Origin: Lama guanicoe
Taxonomy: Eukaryota
Direction: 5' to 3'
DNA: 64,000 nt
Assembly (NCBI GenBank): GCA_013239625.1
Contig: MU054220.1
Location: forward strand, 7,723,367-7,787,366
Shown here: in pieces, positions 51,060-64,000 of the stretch
Numbering within the stretch: position 1 is the first letter of the stretch
Layout of the letters: every line of letters starts with the position of its first letter
Program-made: the position numbers and the translations under genes
Notes under the pieces: model-generated
Databases searched by the model: none
What the model was told of the DNA's origin: nothing
What the model saw: the letters and a program-made list of their open reading frames with translations, nothing else

Positions 51060-51289
51060 GGTGGGGATTGTGGTTTCTACCTCTGTCTAACTATTGTTCC
51101 CCCCTTTCCTTGTTCTTAGAGTTTTAGACAGGTAACTCATTACATACTGAGGGAATTATCCCATAGAGAAATCTATTCCAAACTGGATAATATTCCTCAG
51201 GGTTGTTTTTAATTGACAATATGATACAGTAACTTTTAAAATTTTTTTGAAAAGTGAAAAACCAAAACAAATAGACCACAATCTTACTA

Positions 51290-52260
51290 CATACTGTTGC
51301 AAATACCTGTTTTAATTAATTTTCATTGTCTAATACTATTCCAAGACATGGATAGACAAAATTTATTTACTCATTCCAGTACATCTGAATCTCTGATTCC
51401 TTTCTAGTATGTTTTCTATTATTAACAACGCTGCTATAAAGGATCTTAAAAATCTCTGCTATAGAACGTATGCAAGGTTTTCCTTAGTGTATAAATTTTA
51501 AAATAAAACTATTAAGAAATTATGTATGGCTACTCAACTTTACTAGAAAATGGCACTTTATCCCCTCTTGTGGTTTGGCCAGTTTAAATTTCCAAATTAG
51601 TGAAAAGGCATTTTAGTTGCTTGGATCAACATTGTATGATTAGACTTATTTTGACCAACAAATGAGTGTAAAATAGTGTCTCATTGTGGTTTTAATTTGC
51701 AATTTCTTCACAGATGAGGTTGCCAATATTTTATATGTATATTGATCATTTAGGTTTTTCCTCCTCTGTGGTTTTTGTGAATACTTTTCCCATTGCTTTA
51801 AAAATACTGTTTGAATTTTTCTTACCACCACAAAGGAATTCTTTTTGTGTTTTCGGTTCTATTTCTTTTTTAAGCATGTGTGTTCTGAATGCCTTCTTCC
51901 AAATCATGGATTGTCTTTTCACAATAATTTTGGTGAGTATATATGCATGCGTAATTTTAATTTGTGGAATTTGACAAATTTTGTGGTTCATGATTTCTTT
52001 TTTTTTAATGGAGGTACTGGGGATTGAACCCAGGACCTCATGCATGCTAAATATGCACTCTACCACTGAGCTATTTCCCTCCCTGCTGTGGGTCATGATT
52101 TCTGTGTTTAACACAAATGCCCAAAGATGTGTATGTTCTAACACTCTCTACCATGTGACGTTGATAAGACCAAATATTAGCAAAATTATACGGCAGGTGG
52201 AGAGAGAATCCTTCTATAGAATTTTTTTTTTCTTTGCTGACTTTCCATGTTGTCCCAGAG
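51290..52260 (-). mobile_element. Old L1 3' ORF2/UTR remnant interrupted by a SINE
   Basis: 'gtgtaaaatagtgtctcattgtggttttaatttgc'. ORF 51646..51831 contains KLQIKTTMRHYFT (compare L1 ORF2 MQIKTTMRYHLT). Confidence 0.85.
51999..52086 (-). mobile_element. Short tRNA-derived SINE (camelid Vic-1-like) with a 17-bp TSD
   Basis: The minus strand reads GGGAGGGAAATAGCTCAGTGGTAGAGTGCATATTTAGCATGCATGAGGTCCTGGGTTCAATCCCCAGTACCTCCATTAAAAAAAA, with Pol III A and B boxes. TSD is tgtggttcatgatttct (51982-51998) / tgtgggtcatgatttct (52087-52103). Confidence 0.92.
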
Positions 52261-52519
52261 ACTTCAAGATATCTTGTCCTTTCCATTTGACGTTTATAGC
52301 AATTTTTAGTACTATGCTCATAACATTTTACAGGAAATAACTCTTTGCTGTCTTTCCACTGAAAATGAATTGTCTTCATATTGCTTCAGTTTCTGGTTCC
52401 CCGTCATTAGAGTCTGCTTTCATCTCCCAACTTGACATAGCCTCTCTCTCCGGCTCAGCCCTGCTCCCAGAGCCCCAAGTCCAGCTCTCTGCTATGGATG
52501 GCCTTGAACCCTTAATGAA

Positions 52520-53129
52520 TGTGTTTTAGGTAGAATTTTGACCCCCATGACCTTTGAGCCTTGGTGTAAGCCTGGGAATATTTTTTGTTATGTGCAAAGG
52601 GAATTTGCAGACATAATTAAGATTACAGACATTAAGATCATAAAGTTACCCTGAATTTTCTGGGTGGCCTCAGTCTAATCACATGAACCCTTAAAAACAG
52701 AACTTCCTCTGGAGTCCGACAGACACAGCAGAAGAGAAATCAGAAAGAATCAACCATGAGAAGGATGATGTGAAGCACTGACAGTTTGAAGGTGGAGAAG
52801 GCAACAGAATGGGGAACACATGTTGCCTTAAGAGCTGAGAGTTCTCTAACCTAATGGGCAGCGAAGAAATAGGGACCCTGGCCATACACCCACAGGAACT
52901 GAATTTTATCAACAACCTAAATAAGCTTGGAAGCGAATCTCCCTCAGAGCCTCCAGATAAGAGCACAGGCCAGCTGAAACCTTGATGTTGGCGTTAGGAG
53001 ACTCTAAGCAGAGTACCCCGTCAAGCCCACCTGGACTTCAGACACACAGGGCTTTTAAAAAATAAATTTCCAGTGTTTTAGTCCCTAAGATTGTGCTAAC
53101 TTGTCACAGCAGAAATAGAAAATTAATAT
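52520..53129 (+). mobile_element. MaLR LTR (MLT1E-like)
   Basis: Contains 'aaagggaatttgcagacataattaag', 'ggaactgaattttatcaacaacctaaataagcttggaagcgaatctccctcagagcctccagataagag' and 'acagcagaaatagaaaattaata'. Confidence 0.9.
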
Positions 53130-56100
53130 TAAATGAGGTGTGACTTTCTGTGGATCCCAGTATGTCAGGCATTTTACACTTACGATCTTATAACAATGAA
53201 ATACATTTCTCCTGTTATATAGTGCCAGCTCTGGGAGATTACCGATGCTGCCTTAGAAGAGCATTTTAGTAGTATCATGTTTTAATGCTTACTCTCTAGT
53301 TACTGAATGAGAGCCAGATCCAAGTCTTTGATTTGACTTCTGTGGTCAAAATCCTTTCCTTTTTATGAGTAAGAAAGGTTTCCTGTTGACCTATGGGAAA
53401 CAGAAAGAGAAAATGATGCGGTACCACACTGTGGAGAATAAAGATAAATCACCACCAAGGAAAGCAGAGAGAAGAGAACCCAGGTGCCCAGTGATGTAGT
53501 CTGGGCTGATGCAATAAGCCATGATAACATCTAGAGATTTTGGCCACAAGCACCCAAAATTGTTCCTTTATTTTCAAGATCGTTTGCATTAGCTTTCCTG
53601 TCACATTCGATACTAAATTTTAATTGCTACATATCTATCTATCTATCTATATATATATATAAAATTTGTTTTAAATGGTACTAACTGAACTTACAGCACA
53701 TAATCACTAAGGCACCCTGATACTAAGTATGACTGTGGTCCAGGTGTGTGTTAGGTTGATTACACCTTCCCTTTTCTGGCGCATCATAAATGCCTTGAAG
53801 TCAGAAACCGTGTCTAATGCACATGATGAATGCTTTGAGACTGTAATGGACTAAGTAGTTGAGAACAATTAGATAGAGAAGGAAAATAAAGTAATAATTT
53901 GAGGGACTGTTTTCCTTCTATGGAGAAATCAAGCACTTTACATTATGCAGCATTACATAGGAAGTTAACCCTAATATTCACACAAACCTTATGATACAGA
54001 TAGACACTGAAAGAAACTGATAGGTGATACAGATAAAAACAAAGTTAGATAACTTAGGTAGTGAATATTAGTTTGCTTTTTCTTTGTGTTCAGTGTATTG
54101 AAGTTGATGAATAAAACACTGCTTGGTTAGTGGGAAAACATTTTCTATATCAAGCAAAACATCGCTGTCTTAGTCCTCATGGATAACTTAATGGAATCAT
54201 ATGTATTTGGATATCAGATTAATTTTTTTTCAGAATCTTCAAGGCATTCAGAAAACCACCTTGAAAAGAATAATCAGTGCTACCTTTCACTTGAATTCAT
54301 GGGCCGGGTGTGTATTTGGCCAAAAACTTCTTTAAGAATAGACTTAAGTAATTCAACTTATACAGAAAATTGAAAGATCTAAGTGCATTTTCATATATGC
54401 ATTTCAAAACTGTATCATTCTCATGACAATAAAGACTGTGAAGAACTCTTCAGGAAACTGGTTTGAGGACAAAGCAACCTGGCTTACTTTTGTGTACTGC
54501 CTGCATTGGCCATTAAGTCTCCACTTCAGCTGTTGCTTGTTTTAGAGAATAAGGCGGGTCTGATGTGTGCGGTTCTAGCAGAGCTGGTAAAGATACATCA
54601 ATACCTATTCATTGAAATGCTCAGAGCCATACTACGATTTAACATAGTTATATTCTTGAGGAGATTTCCAGGGAGTATTTTGGATTTTTACTCTCTAACA
54701 ACAAGATTTCAACAATCAGAGAAAAGCACCGAGAGGCACATTGTACAGAGTTAGATATCCTGTCCCTGCAAAGGAATGGATTCCATGGCTTATTGGGTTC
54801 TAAATATCTGAGTGGTGATATATGACATCTTTGCAGTGGAATAAATAAATTATTGTTGACTAGCCTACCAAGGGATAGATTCCTTTTCTAAAATTTCTTT
54901 GTATTTTTTCAAGCATAAAGTAGAATACATTTTACTCTTCTACATATATAACGAGCAGAAGTTTTAAACATTTAGATAAAGGCAATTTACTTTGCCAGTA
55001 CTGTTGAGCATTTTCCAGTTCTAAGCAGATGATCTTCTTTGAGAGAATGCTTCACTCCTAGGCATAATTTCTTTTTTTTCTCCTGAATTCTACCAGTCCG
55101 CCAATGACTCTTTGTTTAAAACATCGCAGCTCATAGCCGTGGTCATGGCTGTCACAGATAGACGTCTGTGACCAACTGGATTTCACTAAACCATGGTTTT
55201 ATATACATGACTCAATTCTATCTTTTGAGCCAGTGGTTCTTTTGAATATACTGATAACGTCATCTACATCGTTGAATTGTAAAGCTAGAGGATGCTATGC
55301 AAGTTAATTTCCCTCCTCCTGCTGTTAGGCAGGTAAAATTCTAAGCCATCTGGCAGAGGTTCTGCTCTTCTTTGAAATATTTTAAAGAGACAGACCCCAC
55401 AACTTTGACTTCTATGTGATTTAAGTATTTTTCACTAGTGGTGATCAAGAAGGTCTTTCATATATCTCACCAAAATCTCTTCCATGGCTGTTTCTCTTTT
55501 TTTGACATTCTGGAAATAAAACATAAAAAGTTTTTGCTTCAAGTCACCATTCAGAACTTTACATTTTAGGTGCATTGAAGTTTCTTTTTTGTTGTTTCAT
55601 TTTTCTGGATATAAAACCGCATTTTCTAAGGCTTATAAGTGTGTCATATTGATTTCATAAGAGTTTAACATAGAAGTGTCCGCAGAACATAGGTCTGACT
55701 GAGGATTCGTTTTCTGTCTATAAGACATATAACTATTATTATAAATAAAACTAAATCATTTTTATTACAGTGCCTGAAAGTCTAAATTCAAATGAGCTCA
55801 CCTAGATCTTTCTCACTGATTCTCTCACAGTTATTATTATTACATTCTTTTAAATAAGGAAAGGATAGTGAGGAATATAACAGCAGAATAGCTGAATTAA
55901 GAAAGATCTGAGATCCTTCGGAGTAAATTTAAGGTTTCATCTAATCCAACCATTCATTCACACAAGGAATCAGTAGAGAAGAAGAAAAATTAAACATTTA
56001 TTTTGATCAGATCAAGAAGAAAACAGATAATGAAAGGGTGTTGGATTGAATAGAGACATCTTGCTTTATTTTAGTTTTAATCACTTAAAAATGAGAGGGA

Positions 56101-56499
56101 GAGACATTTTCCCACCAATGACTAGAGCTGATGCTGTAGGCCTGATTGGAGAGGTCTTTGTGTCCCTATCTTTGCTTGCCTCTTTCCTTTGCCTCTTTCT
56201 AGAACCTGTGAACAGATGAAAGAAAGCAGATGACTCCACAGAGAGAATAAAATCCTTTTAAACTCTTAAGATTAATTCATGGAAGTATACAAATTTAATA
56301 TTTTGCTGAGTAATGTTTAATACAAAATGCAATAAGGAGCTTTATTCAATTGAATAATATAAATTCTGTTCCAGTATTTGCTCTTGTAACTTCCCAGTGG
56401 TGTTGTATGGCTGGTTCACTTACTTTGTAGTCTATGTGACTTCTCTTTCTCCCATAGTTTCTCCCAGTTTCTATATTTAGCAAGCTTTTCCTTATCTCT

Positions 56500-56573
56500 T
56501 TTAAATTTTTCTTCCTTTCCTTTCCTCTTTTCTTTCCTTTCCTTCCTTTCTTTCTCTTTCTTCTTTCTTTCTT
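56500..56573. repeat. Polypyrimidine (TTTC/TTCC)n low-complexity tract
   Basis: 'ttttcttcctttcctttcctcttttctttcctttccttcctttctttctctttcttctttctttcttt'. Confidence 0.9.
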
Positions 56574-56754
56574 TCCCCAGTTATTTCTAATTCAGAAATT
56601 TACTGCTTTCAATTTTCCTCTTTAAATCTTGACCTGTTTTGTTTTCCTGTTTGTCAGGACTACCTAGTGCTGGGTGCGTGACACAGTAGATCAAGAAGTG
56701 ACCCTTAAGGGGAAAAAAGAACTGGAACTGGAAGACTCTTGCTCAGAGAAAAGA

Positions 56755-57117
56755 CTTCGTTCCTTCAGGTTACTAGAGCAAAAAACCAGAGACTGAGTGT
56801 CTTGAAAACTCAATGCTTATTTCTCATAGTCCTGGAGTCTAAGAAGTCCAAGATCAAAGTGCCAGTACGTTCAGTGTCTGGTGGGGGGGGTGCTTTTCTG
56901 GTTCATAAATGGCTGTCTTCTTGTTGTGTCTTCACATGGCAGACAGGGCAAGGGAACTTCTCTGGAGTCCTTTTTATAAGGGCACTGATCCTGTACACAA
57001 GGGCTCCACTCTCATGACCTAACCAGCTTCCAAAGGCCCTACCTCTAAATACCATCACACTGATGATTGGATTTCAAAATATAAACTTTGTGGGGAACAG
57101 ACATTCAGCCAGTTGCT
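56755..57117 (-). mobile_element. MaLR LTR (MLT1A-like)
   Basis: Contains 'tattttctcatagtcctggagtctaagaagtccaagatcaaagtgccag', 'tttataagggcactgatcc' and 'ctcatgacctaa..ccaaaggccctacctctaaataccatcaca'. Confidence 0.92.
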
Positions 57118-57200
57118 CTAGGAGAATAATTTATCCTAGTAGGACAAACCCAGAAACATACTTTGGACTGACAGAGATTTAGCAAGACAAAAGCCGTTAC

Positions 57201-57243
<43 letters not shown>
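57201..57243. repeat. Perfect (TAT)14 microsatellite
   Basis: 43-bp uninterrupted TTA-phase run. Confidence 0.97.
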
Positions 57244-57994
57244 GGCATTGTTATGATCATTGTATTTATTATTTTAACAGACAAAAATTACTTACATAAT
57301 GTTGTTTATTGGATTTCAACAACACAGAACAATCGAGAGGAAGGATGCCATAATTATTTTCCTGTAGCTGAGGACACCATAGCTCAGAGGGTTTACAAAG
57401 TAACCATTTCAGAAATGGATGTTATTTAGATATAAATAAGTCAGAGCAAGAGAGTATGCTAAAGGTAGGCACATCTTAGGACTCTGCAGAAAGCCAGCCT
57501 CTTTTAAGGCACACCATTAAGAATGAGGTATAGAAATCTCTCCGGAAAAGACAGGATTTGAAATCAGGGGCAAAGAAGAGAGTGAAAAAGAATAAGGTTC
57601 TGGCACTGAGAGCAAAATTCTTAGAAAGACACATATCTAGGACACATGTCAACTCTAGAATTTAGGTTGTCCAGGATTTTAGCATAGAGTTGCTGGTATA
57701 TATTATATTAGACCTTTAATTAAGTATCGTCTGTCTTCCTAGAAGGGAAGAATGTGGGTAAGGGATTTGGGTAGCTACTGTGTCCTTGAAAGCACACCTT
57801 TATCCATCTAACTTCTGTGGAGTAATTATCTTATTTCCCTGTGTTGCTGATGTGACTGTAATTTGAAAAGGTACCTTCCTGAAATTGAGATGGATGACAT
57901 CTCTCACTGTTTTCTGTCTATCGTTCATTTCTTTTCTCATAAGATGTCAACGTGAGTTACGGCTCTTCAGCTGAGTCAACATGGTTGACTTTAC

Positions 57995-58182
57995 AGCGTG
58001 TTGTCAAACTTCAGTGTGCATCTTAATCACTTCGGAGGGCAGTTGTAAAAACACAGCACGCTAGACCTCACTCCAAGAGTTTTCAATTTGAAAAATGGAG
58101 GCGATATATTTGCATTTCTAATGGTTTCAGAGTGACCCTGAAACTGATGCTACTGGTCTTGGGCTACATTTCGAGAACCATC
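57995..58182. mobile_element. MER5A-like hAT DNA transposon
   Basis: 'tcaaacttcagtgtgcatcttaatcac...atttgcatttctaa...ctgatgctactggtc...tttcgagaacca'. Confidence 0.85.
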
Positions 58183-60164
58183 ATTCCAAGCCACTAACAT
58201 TAAGTCAGTTGCATTGATATTATACAAAGTTAGAACTTCGATGCAAAAGTGATGGTATTTCTGATCTTCATGTGTCTCTGAATACAGCAGTATGCAAGGC
58301 AAGTGGAAATTGTCGATATTTTCCCCTGAAACCAGCTTCACAAGGAAGGATCTTCTAGGTAGTCACTAAAGATACTCACTTGGAAATACATGACAAAAAA
58401 AATTACACTTTAACATATGAAAACTACATTTTTCCAAGCATTTCATGGCTCAGCCGTTGACAACTTATTTGTTAATGCTTAATAATTCAATCTCTGAAAC
58501 AGTCATGAGAACCATGCTTTCCCCAAGAGATATGGTGATTATTATTCATAGGCATCATAGTAATGAATAATATCTTGCAGAAGCCAATTACATAATAAGT
58601 CAAAGAATGTTAGCCATTTATATTAGGGCCTATAATTTCATGTCCCTTAAACTATCTTAATTATCATTTCTCTCAGCTAGGCATTTGATAAGAACTGAGG
58701 GGTACATAATTAGATATTAAATTCTGTCTAGGATCTGAAGAACAGATTTTCTGTATTGCTGATTAAACACAAAACACTCTCTCTTAAAAATTGGTAGCAG
58801 GGTTGACAGTCTCTCGCTAAACCTACAAAGTATATCTAGTATTCTTATTATACTAACAGAATTTAGAAATATTATGTGATCATGTGATTTTAAGAATTGA
58901 CCTGTATTCTGATGTGTTTCAAAGATGAGGCACATGAATAATTTCTTTTTCCTAGACTGGGCGTAACCTCCATGTATAATTCTAGGATTATACTTAGCAC
59001 ACTTTTTTTTTTAATTACTTGTTACCACTCTTCTCCTTAACTAGATTCTAAAGAGATGGAACTTTGTTTTTTATTTTATTTCCTCTGATGCCTGGCTCCT
59101 AGTAGAAATCTAAGGAGTATCTGTTGAACTGCTGTCCAGAAAGCTTCACTCAAACTACACAAATGATACCTAGAAGATGGGATTTTAATTTTCCTAGTTA
59201 TCAGGTCATTCCCGCTGAGTTTGTACTGTGGCCCTAAAACACACGACCCACCCCCATAAGGTGGTTGTTATCACTTCACAGTCACTCCACGTTGATGGAG
59301 TCTCAGTCAGACTCCTCAGCTGTGACTCTGCAGAGCTTTGCTAAGGTAAAACATTGGTTAAATCCAGCCTTTCAGCCAGGCAAGGTGTATGATTTCAGGT
59401 CATACTTATAAACTAACTACTGATGATTCATACCAAGGTAGCTGAGTTCTGTCACTAAGCGCTGAGTGAGGGGCAACCTCCTGAGGTCAGATCGTGCAGC
59501 TCTCAGTGGGGACCGCCTGACACATCTCACAGCAACGGCATCAGCAGCCGTAACCACATCACCCAGATCATTTTAATGATGCCAAACTTCAAGTCAGGGC
59601 AAAGGAGCTGTGCACAGCACACCTCTGAAAATAGCTGTCTTTCACATCAAAAGAAATTACATCTCCATAGAGACTTTTATCTCGAGAAGTAAATGTGCGG
59701 CTGAAATTTTATGTCTCTGTAGTACTGCGAAAAAATACTCTGCCCATCTTTACTGATAGGTTTGCAATCGCTAAGTCAGACTCACAAGTAGCTGTCATTA
59801 ACTCCAAGAAAATAATTTGGCCTCAAATATAAGTGTATCCTCTTTCATTTATACCCCTTAAACCCTGACTAGTCCAGCCCCTCTCAAAAGGCCAAAGTAA
59901 CTCAGATGTTCAGATATCTGCTTATCTCAACGATGACATTTCATTCATCTTCTTCTTGATTATGTTTCTAAAGTCACACTGGCCTTTCCTTTTCTTTGAC
60001 ATACTATCTCTAGTGCTTCCTTAGTGCTTTGCTGTTTCCAGGACAGCTCACAAATGCCTTCTTGGCTGATATCTTTTTGTCATTTTTTTTTTCTCAGCTC
60101 AAATGTCATCCCTTCTCCAGTTGATGTATCTGACATCCATTCTCTATTCCAGTCATCTCCATCT

Positions 60165-60702
60165 ATATCAGTTATCTATTGACATGTAATAGATCACCCT
60201 AAAATTTAGAAGATTAAATCAACACTTATTCAGTATTTCCCACAAGTCTATGAATAATTCTACAGATTTGGGGATGAGTAATTCCACTCAGCAAGGCCAG
60301 GCAGGTTCAGATGATCTTGGGTAGGTTCTCTCCTAGATCAGCTGGTGGCTGGGCTGGGGGACTGACTGTTCTAGGATGACCCCACTCACATATCTGGTGG
60401 TGATGCATGTGTTAGAGCTGGTGCCCGGGTCACATGCTTCTCATCATCCAGCACGTTGGTCTAAGCTTGCTCTCAAGGAGCTAGAGGAATCACATAAGAG
60501 GTTCTGAGCCCCTTTCACAGAGCTGGCACGCTGTCATTTCTGTCATAGTCTCCTTCCAAAACAAGTCACAAAGCCAACCCAGAGTCAAAGGTGCCAAAAA
60601 GACCATACTTGTTAATGGGAGGAACTACAAAGTCATATTGCAAACAGCACTGATACATGGAGAACAAGAGAATCAGGACAACTCTTGTATAAAATCTACC
60701 AT
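60165..60702 (-). mobile_element. MaLR LTR (MLT1G/H-like) nested in an L2 remnant
   Basis: Contains 'tcagttatctattg..tgtaatagatcaccctaaaatttag', 'caagtcacaaagccaacccagagtcaaag' and 'atgggaggaactacaaagtcatattgcaaa'. L2-like sequence flanks both sides (~59960-60160 and 60705-60900). Confidence 0.8.
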
Positions 60703-62063
60703 ATTACCTTACAGTATCTTCCTCATAACTTTTAACATCCCTAAAGTTTTTGTCTTTTAAGTATTTTTTGCCTCACATGAATTTAAGCTCTAGGAGGAGA
60801 TGAACCTTATTTGACTTTTTGTCATCCTTGTACATACAGGGTCTAGAGCATTGTTTACTGAGTAATGATTACAATTTGTAACAATAAAATAGGTGAATGA
60901 ACTTATTGGCATTATAAGTGTCAAATCTTTCTCAATTTCTATTGTTCTTTGATCAGTAAGTTAAAGGATACTCATCCCCGCCTCAAAAAAGAAACTCTCC
61001 ACACACTACAGCCTTCTAGAGACTGAAGAAATATTACTCAGAAAGGATATGTAAAAATGTGTAGCTTTCTCATTACCTTCTTAAGCAGATTGCTCTTGGT
61101 CATATTACCTTATTTTCATTAAGTGTCTGAGCAAACGTTTCTTTCATGCTTCATACAACGGCCACTTTTCAGAATTTGAGAAAGCTAGTGGGGAATCTCA
61201 GTGAATAAAGGAGTCCCTAGGTCATGAACAGCAATGTGCCACCTAGACATGGCAGCCAGGAAAGAGCTGAAGCTTCAAAACCCTTTTTGTCTGCCAAGGA
61301 GGCAGCAGTTCAGGATGAGCCAGCAACCTCGGAAACTTGGACATTTTATTTCTTGTTCTGCATCTGTGTGGGGAAAGGGAAAAGGCACAGCCATATTTGA
61401 GAGCCAATTGTGCACAAAGCGCTTTTTTGGGTGCTCGACAGAATTCTCCTCCCCCTCATGACAGAATCTATTCCTATACCATTTATGAAGATATGGCACT
61501 AAGAGAAATTAAGTGATTTGCCAAAGACCATTTAGCTTGAATGTAGTAGAAGAGGGATGAGGGATTCAATCCCATGGTCTCCTCCTCCACCATGTGTGAA
61601 GAGCTAGAAACTTAAAAATAGAAATAGCAAACTATATAAATAGAATACCGATTTGTTTGTCAGAGATGGATCATCTTTTAGTGGACTTAACCAAAAAGGG
61701 CTAGACTCTTACAGATAAACAGCCTGTCCTAAGATACACAGTCAAATGAGTTTAGAAAGTATAGCTACTGAATCAACAGAATCAGGATGAAACATGTGAT
61801 TAGTGATCGGATTCGCCAAAATGTCTGGCAATCTTAATACAGGGTCTTCAAAATCTAAAATCCCATGTTATAAGGTAAAGTGCCCAAGAAAAACACTGTT
61901 TATGACAGTGATCATGAAAACAAGATCGACTAGGAATAAAGAGGTCACCGAGAATTTAGGCATCACAGTCTAAAGGAAACACAGACAGGACAATATATTA
62001 TGACGTTGCTCAAACGGAAAGACAGTGATTAAAACAAGGACTATAACCCGGGGAAGAGTAGTC

Positions 62064-62225
62064 AGCAGTACTTCTCAAAATGTAATGTGCATACAAACCA
62101 CCAGAGTAGCATGTTAAAATGCAGATTCTCACTCAGTACATTTGGGTTAGACACCAAAATCCTACATTTCTAACAAGTTCCTTGTAAAGCCAATGCTGTT
62201 GGTCCCAGAACCACACTTTGAGTAT
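62064..62225. mobile_element. MER5A-like hAT DNA transposon
   Basis: 'cttctcaaaatgtaatgtgcatacaaaccacc...tgttaaaatgcagattct...catttctaacaagttcc...accacactttgagta'. Confidence 0.9.
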
Positions 62226-63126
62226 CAAACTTTTGCTTGTCTACGAAAGCACTTCGGTACAATTATAAGGCACCTAATAAGTGCAATAGAAATTTTCATG
62301 GCTGAAAAGCTCTCACATTCATACACAAACACTTGCTCTTTCATACATACACCTACATTCATGTACTCCATCCAGATATATGACAAAACATGCAATAGGA
62401 TTGGGAAAATAACTAAAATACCATTTCCAACCACCCAGAGAATTAAAATGGGCAATTTACATCAGAATAAAAACTGAATTCTTTGGGATATGCACAGGTT
62501 TAATGGTTAAATTTCATTGCTGGTAAGCAACATGCATTGATATTTATTTATATTTTTTGATTACTCATATAAATATGCCTTTATTTCTGGAATTCTTTCA
62601 TTTGGATGGTGGATTCACTACACTGGGTTTTAGAGGTGAACACACACTTACTGACCTGTTAAATAAACGGCTTCCTGACTAAAAACTTTATTATATAAAT
62701 AGTTGCAGACCAGGTATGGGTTGCATGGCCAATGTCTGCAGAGAATTCTGCCTTCTTAACCACTTAGACATTTAAAATTTAAGTTTCCTTCTGTGTCTTA
62801 GGATCTAGAAGAAAAAGAATCAAGCTGCGAGTAATACGGAGAAATTAAATGTGGTTTAAAGAAACTAAGGTCATCTATCGAAAAGATTGGGAAATGAGTT
62901 ATACAAAACTAAAAAAATACCTTTTGACTGAGCCTTAAGACAAAGAACATTAATAGCTCAATTAAAGTACACGAAGAATTGTTTCAAGAAGCACCTAGGA
63001 TGCAACTTCTACCTGTGCACAAAGTGCAAAAGTAAGTGAAGTTAAGATAGATTTCACTTCACATTGAAGATTGCCTACTTACACGTGGAGGTCTTCAACA
63101 GAGAATCGGGCTATGCCAAGAGGCTT

Positions 63127-63690
63127 TGTGTGTTAGTCACGTTCTTTCCAGTTGCTGAGAATTAAACATGCTCAGGTTATCTCAGATAGAGGATTTTGCT
63201 GTCAAGATTCATGGAGACAGAGGAAAAGAATGTTGGAAAACTAGGATTCCTACAAGAAAAGTTCCCACAATCCAGTCATGGATTATGGTTGGGGAAGTAC
63301 CTCTAACAGCCAAACAGCGGGGATTCGAGCAGCTGCCATCCCAGAAGAATGACTCCGTGGAACCTTATTCTCCCTGTAACGTTATAACCATTTAGCTATT
63401 CTGTACCCCTGCTTCTGTTTTTGCAGCAGCCTTTGATGATCTGAACCATTGCATGCATACTTTATTTAACATATTGAGAGAAAGAGAAAGAAGGAAAGAG
63501 AGAGAGAGATAACTCATTGGTTTCGTTGGTCACTGATACCATCTAGGTCAAGCATCATTCTCCTGTCTGATCACCAATGAGGCCACTGGCCAGCTTATAA
63601 ATCAGCAACCCTTGAGGCAGACACACAACGTTAGTCAAACAAGCCAAGTCAAGGTCAAGAGCCCATATGGTCAGCTTTCCTCAGAAGAAA
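63127..63690 (-). mobile_element. Very old MaLR-like LTR remnant
   Basis: Begins 'tgtgtgttagtcacgttctttccagttgc', an MLT1-type terminus. The remainder is highly diverged. Confidence 0.45.
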
Positions 63691-64000
63691 TGTGGACATG
63701 GGAGGCGTTCAAAGCATGATACAAGTTCAGAAGACTCTCCTTTGAGATCTTCAAAAATAGGACTTCCAACAAGTTCCCTGGAGTAAACTGGACAGACTGC
63801 AAAGGGAAAAAGGAGTATAGCGCTATTTGAATCACTCTCAGCTCCAACTCAATGATTGTGAGAATGAAGTAAGTGGAAATCTACTGAAAGGTCCCACTGA
63901 AAGTTGTCTTTTCAATAACTATATGCGTTTACTTCTTTATTATAAAGAGATACATTATCTCCAGGGAACAGAATGAAGGATTTTATAACTGAAAATGACT

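Noticed and set aside
52005..52083. tRNA gene
   Set aside because: The A-tail, TSD and missing acceptor stem mark it as a SINE.
51746..52379. ORFs of 102-132 aa
   Set aside because: They read through a SINE and a decayed L1 and are not genes.
59297..59315. GGAGTCT-CAGTC-AGACTCC hairpin, and similar 6-7-bp stems at ~57976 and ~12558
   Set aside because: Stems this short are expected by chance in 64 kb.
1..64000. CRISPR arrays, operons, prokaryotic or viral systems, NUMT, snRNA/7SL copies, processed pseudogenes
   Set aside because: None recognised. The sequence is mammalian, repeat-rich, non-coding DNA with no long ORF and no spacer-repeat array.

Overview
This window is AT-rich, CpG-poor mammalian non-coding DNA, either intergenic or deep intronic. 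It is probably from a camelid (alpaca, llama or camel), judging by a short tRNA-derived SINE resembling Vic-1 and by the young L1 3' tails. I find no credible protein-coding gene, RNA gene or CRISPR-type system. The provided ORFs are short chance frames or LINE relics. Much of the window is transposon-derived: L1, L2, MIR, MaLR MLT1 LTRs, ERV1/ERVL LTRs (MER41-like, MER21C-like) and hAT MER5-type elements. The main structural features are two independent head-to-tail tandem duplications of almost the same size, 2234-6346 (2 x ~2.06 kb, ~1% divergent) and 40530-44804 (2 x ~2.14 kb, ~0.25% divergent). The second pair differs by a 27-bp micro-inversion and an 18-bp micro-duplication at one site. 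Smaller points of interest are a recognisable L2 endonuclease-domain relic, a MER41-like LTR with altered STAT sites, a chimeric double LTR, a 56-bp L1 insertion with a perfect TSD, a 7-nt microexon or recursive-splice candidate, and a few enhancer-like unique segments. Repeat subfamily names come from recalled consensus sequences and should be confirmed with RepeatMasker/Dfam. Difference counts were made by eye. I do not see a new biological system here.
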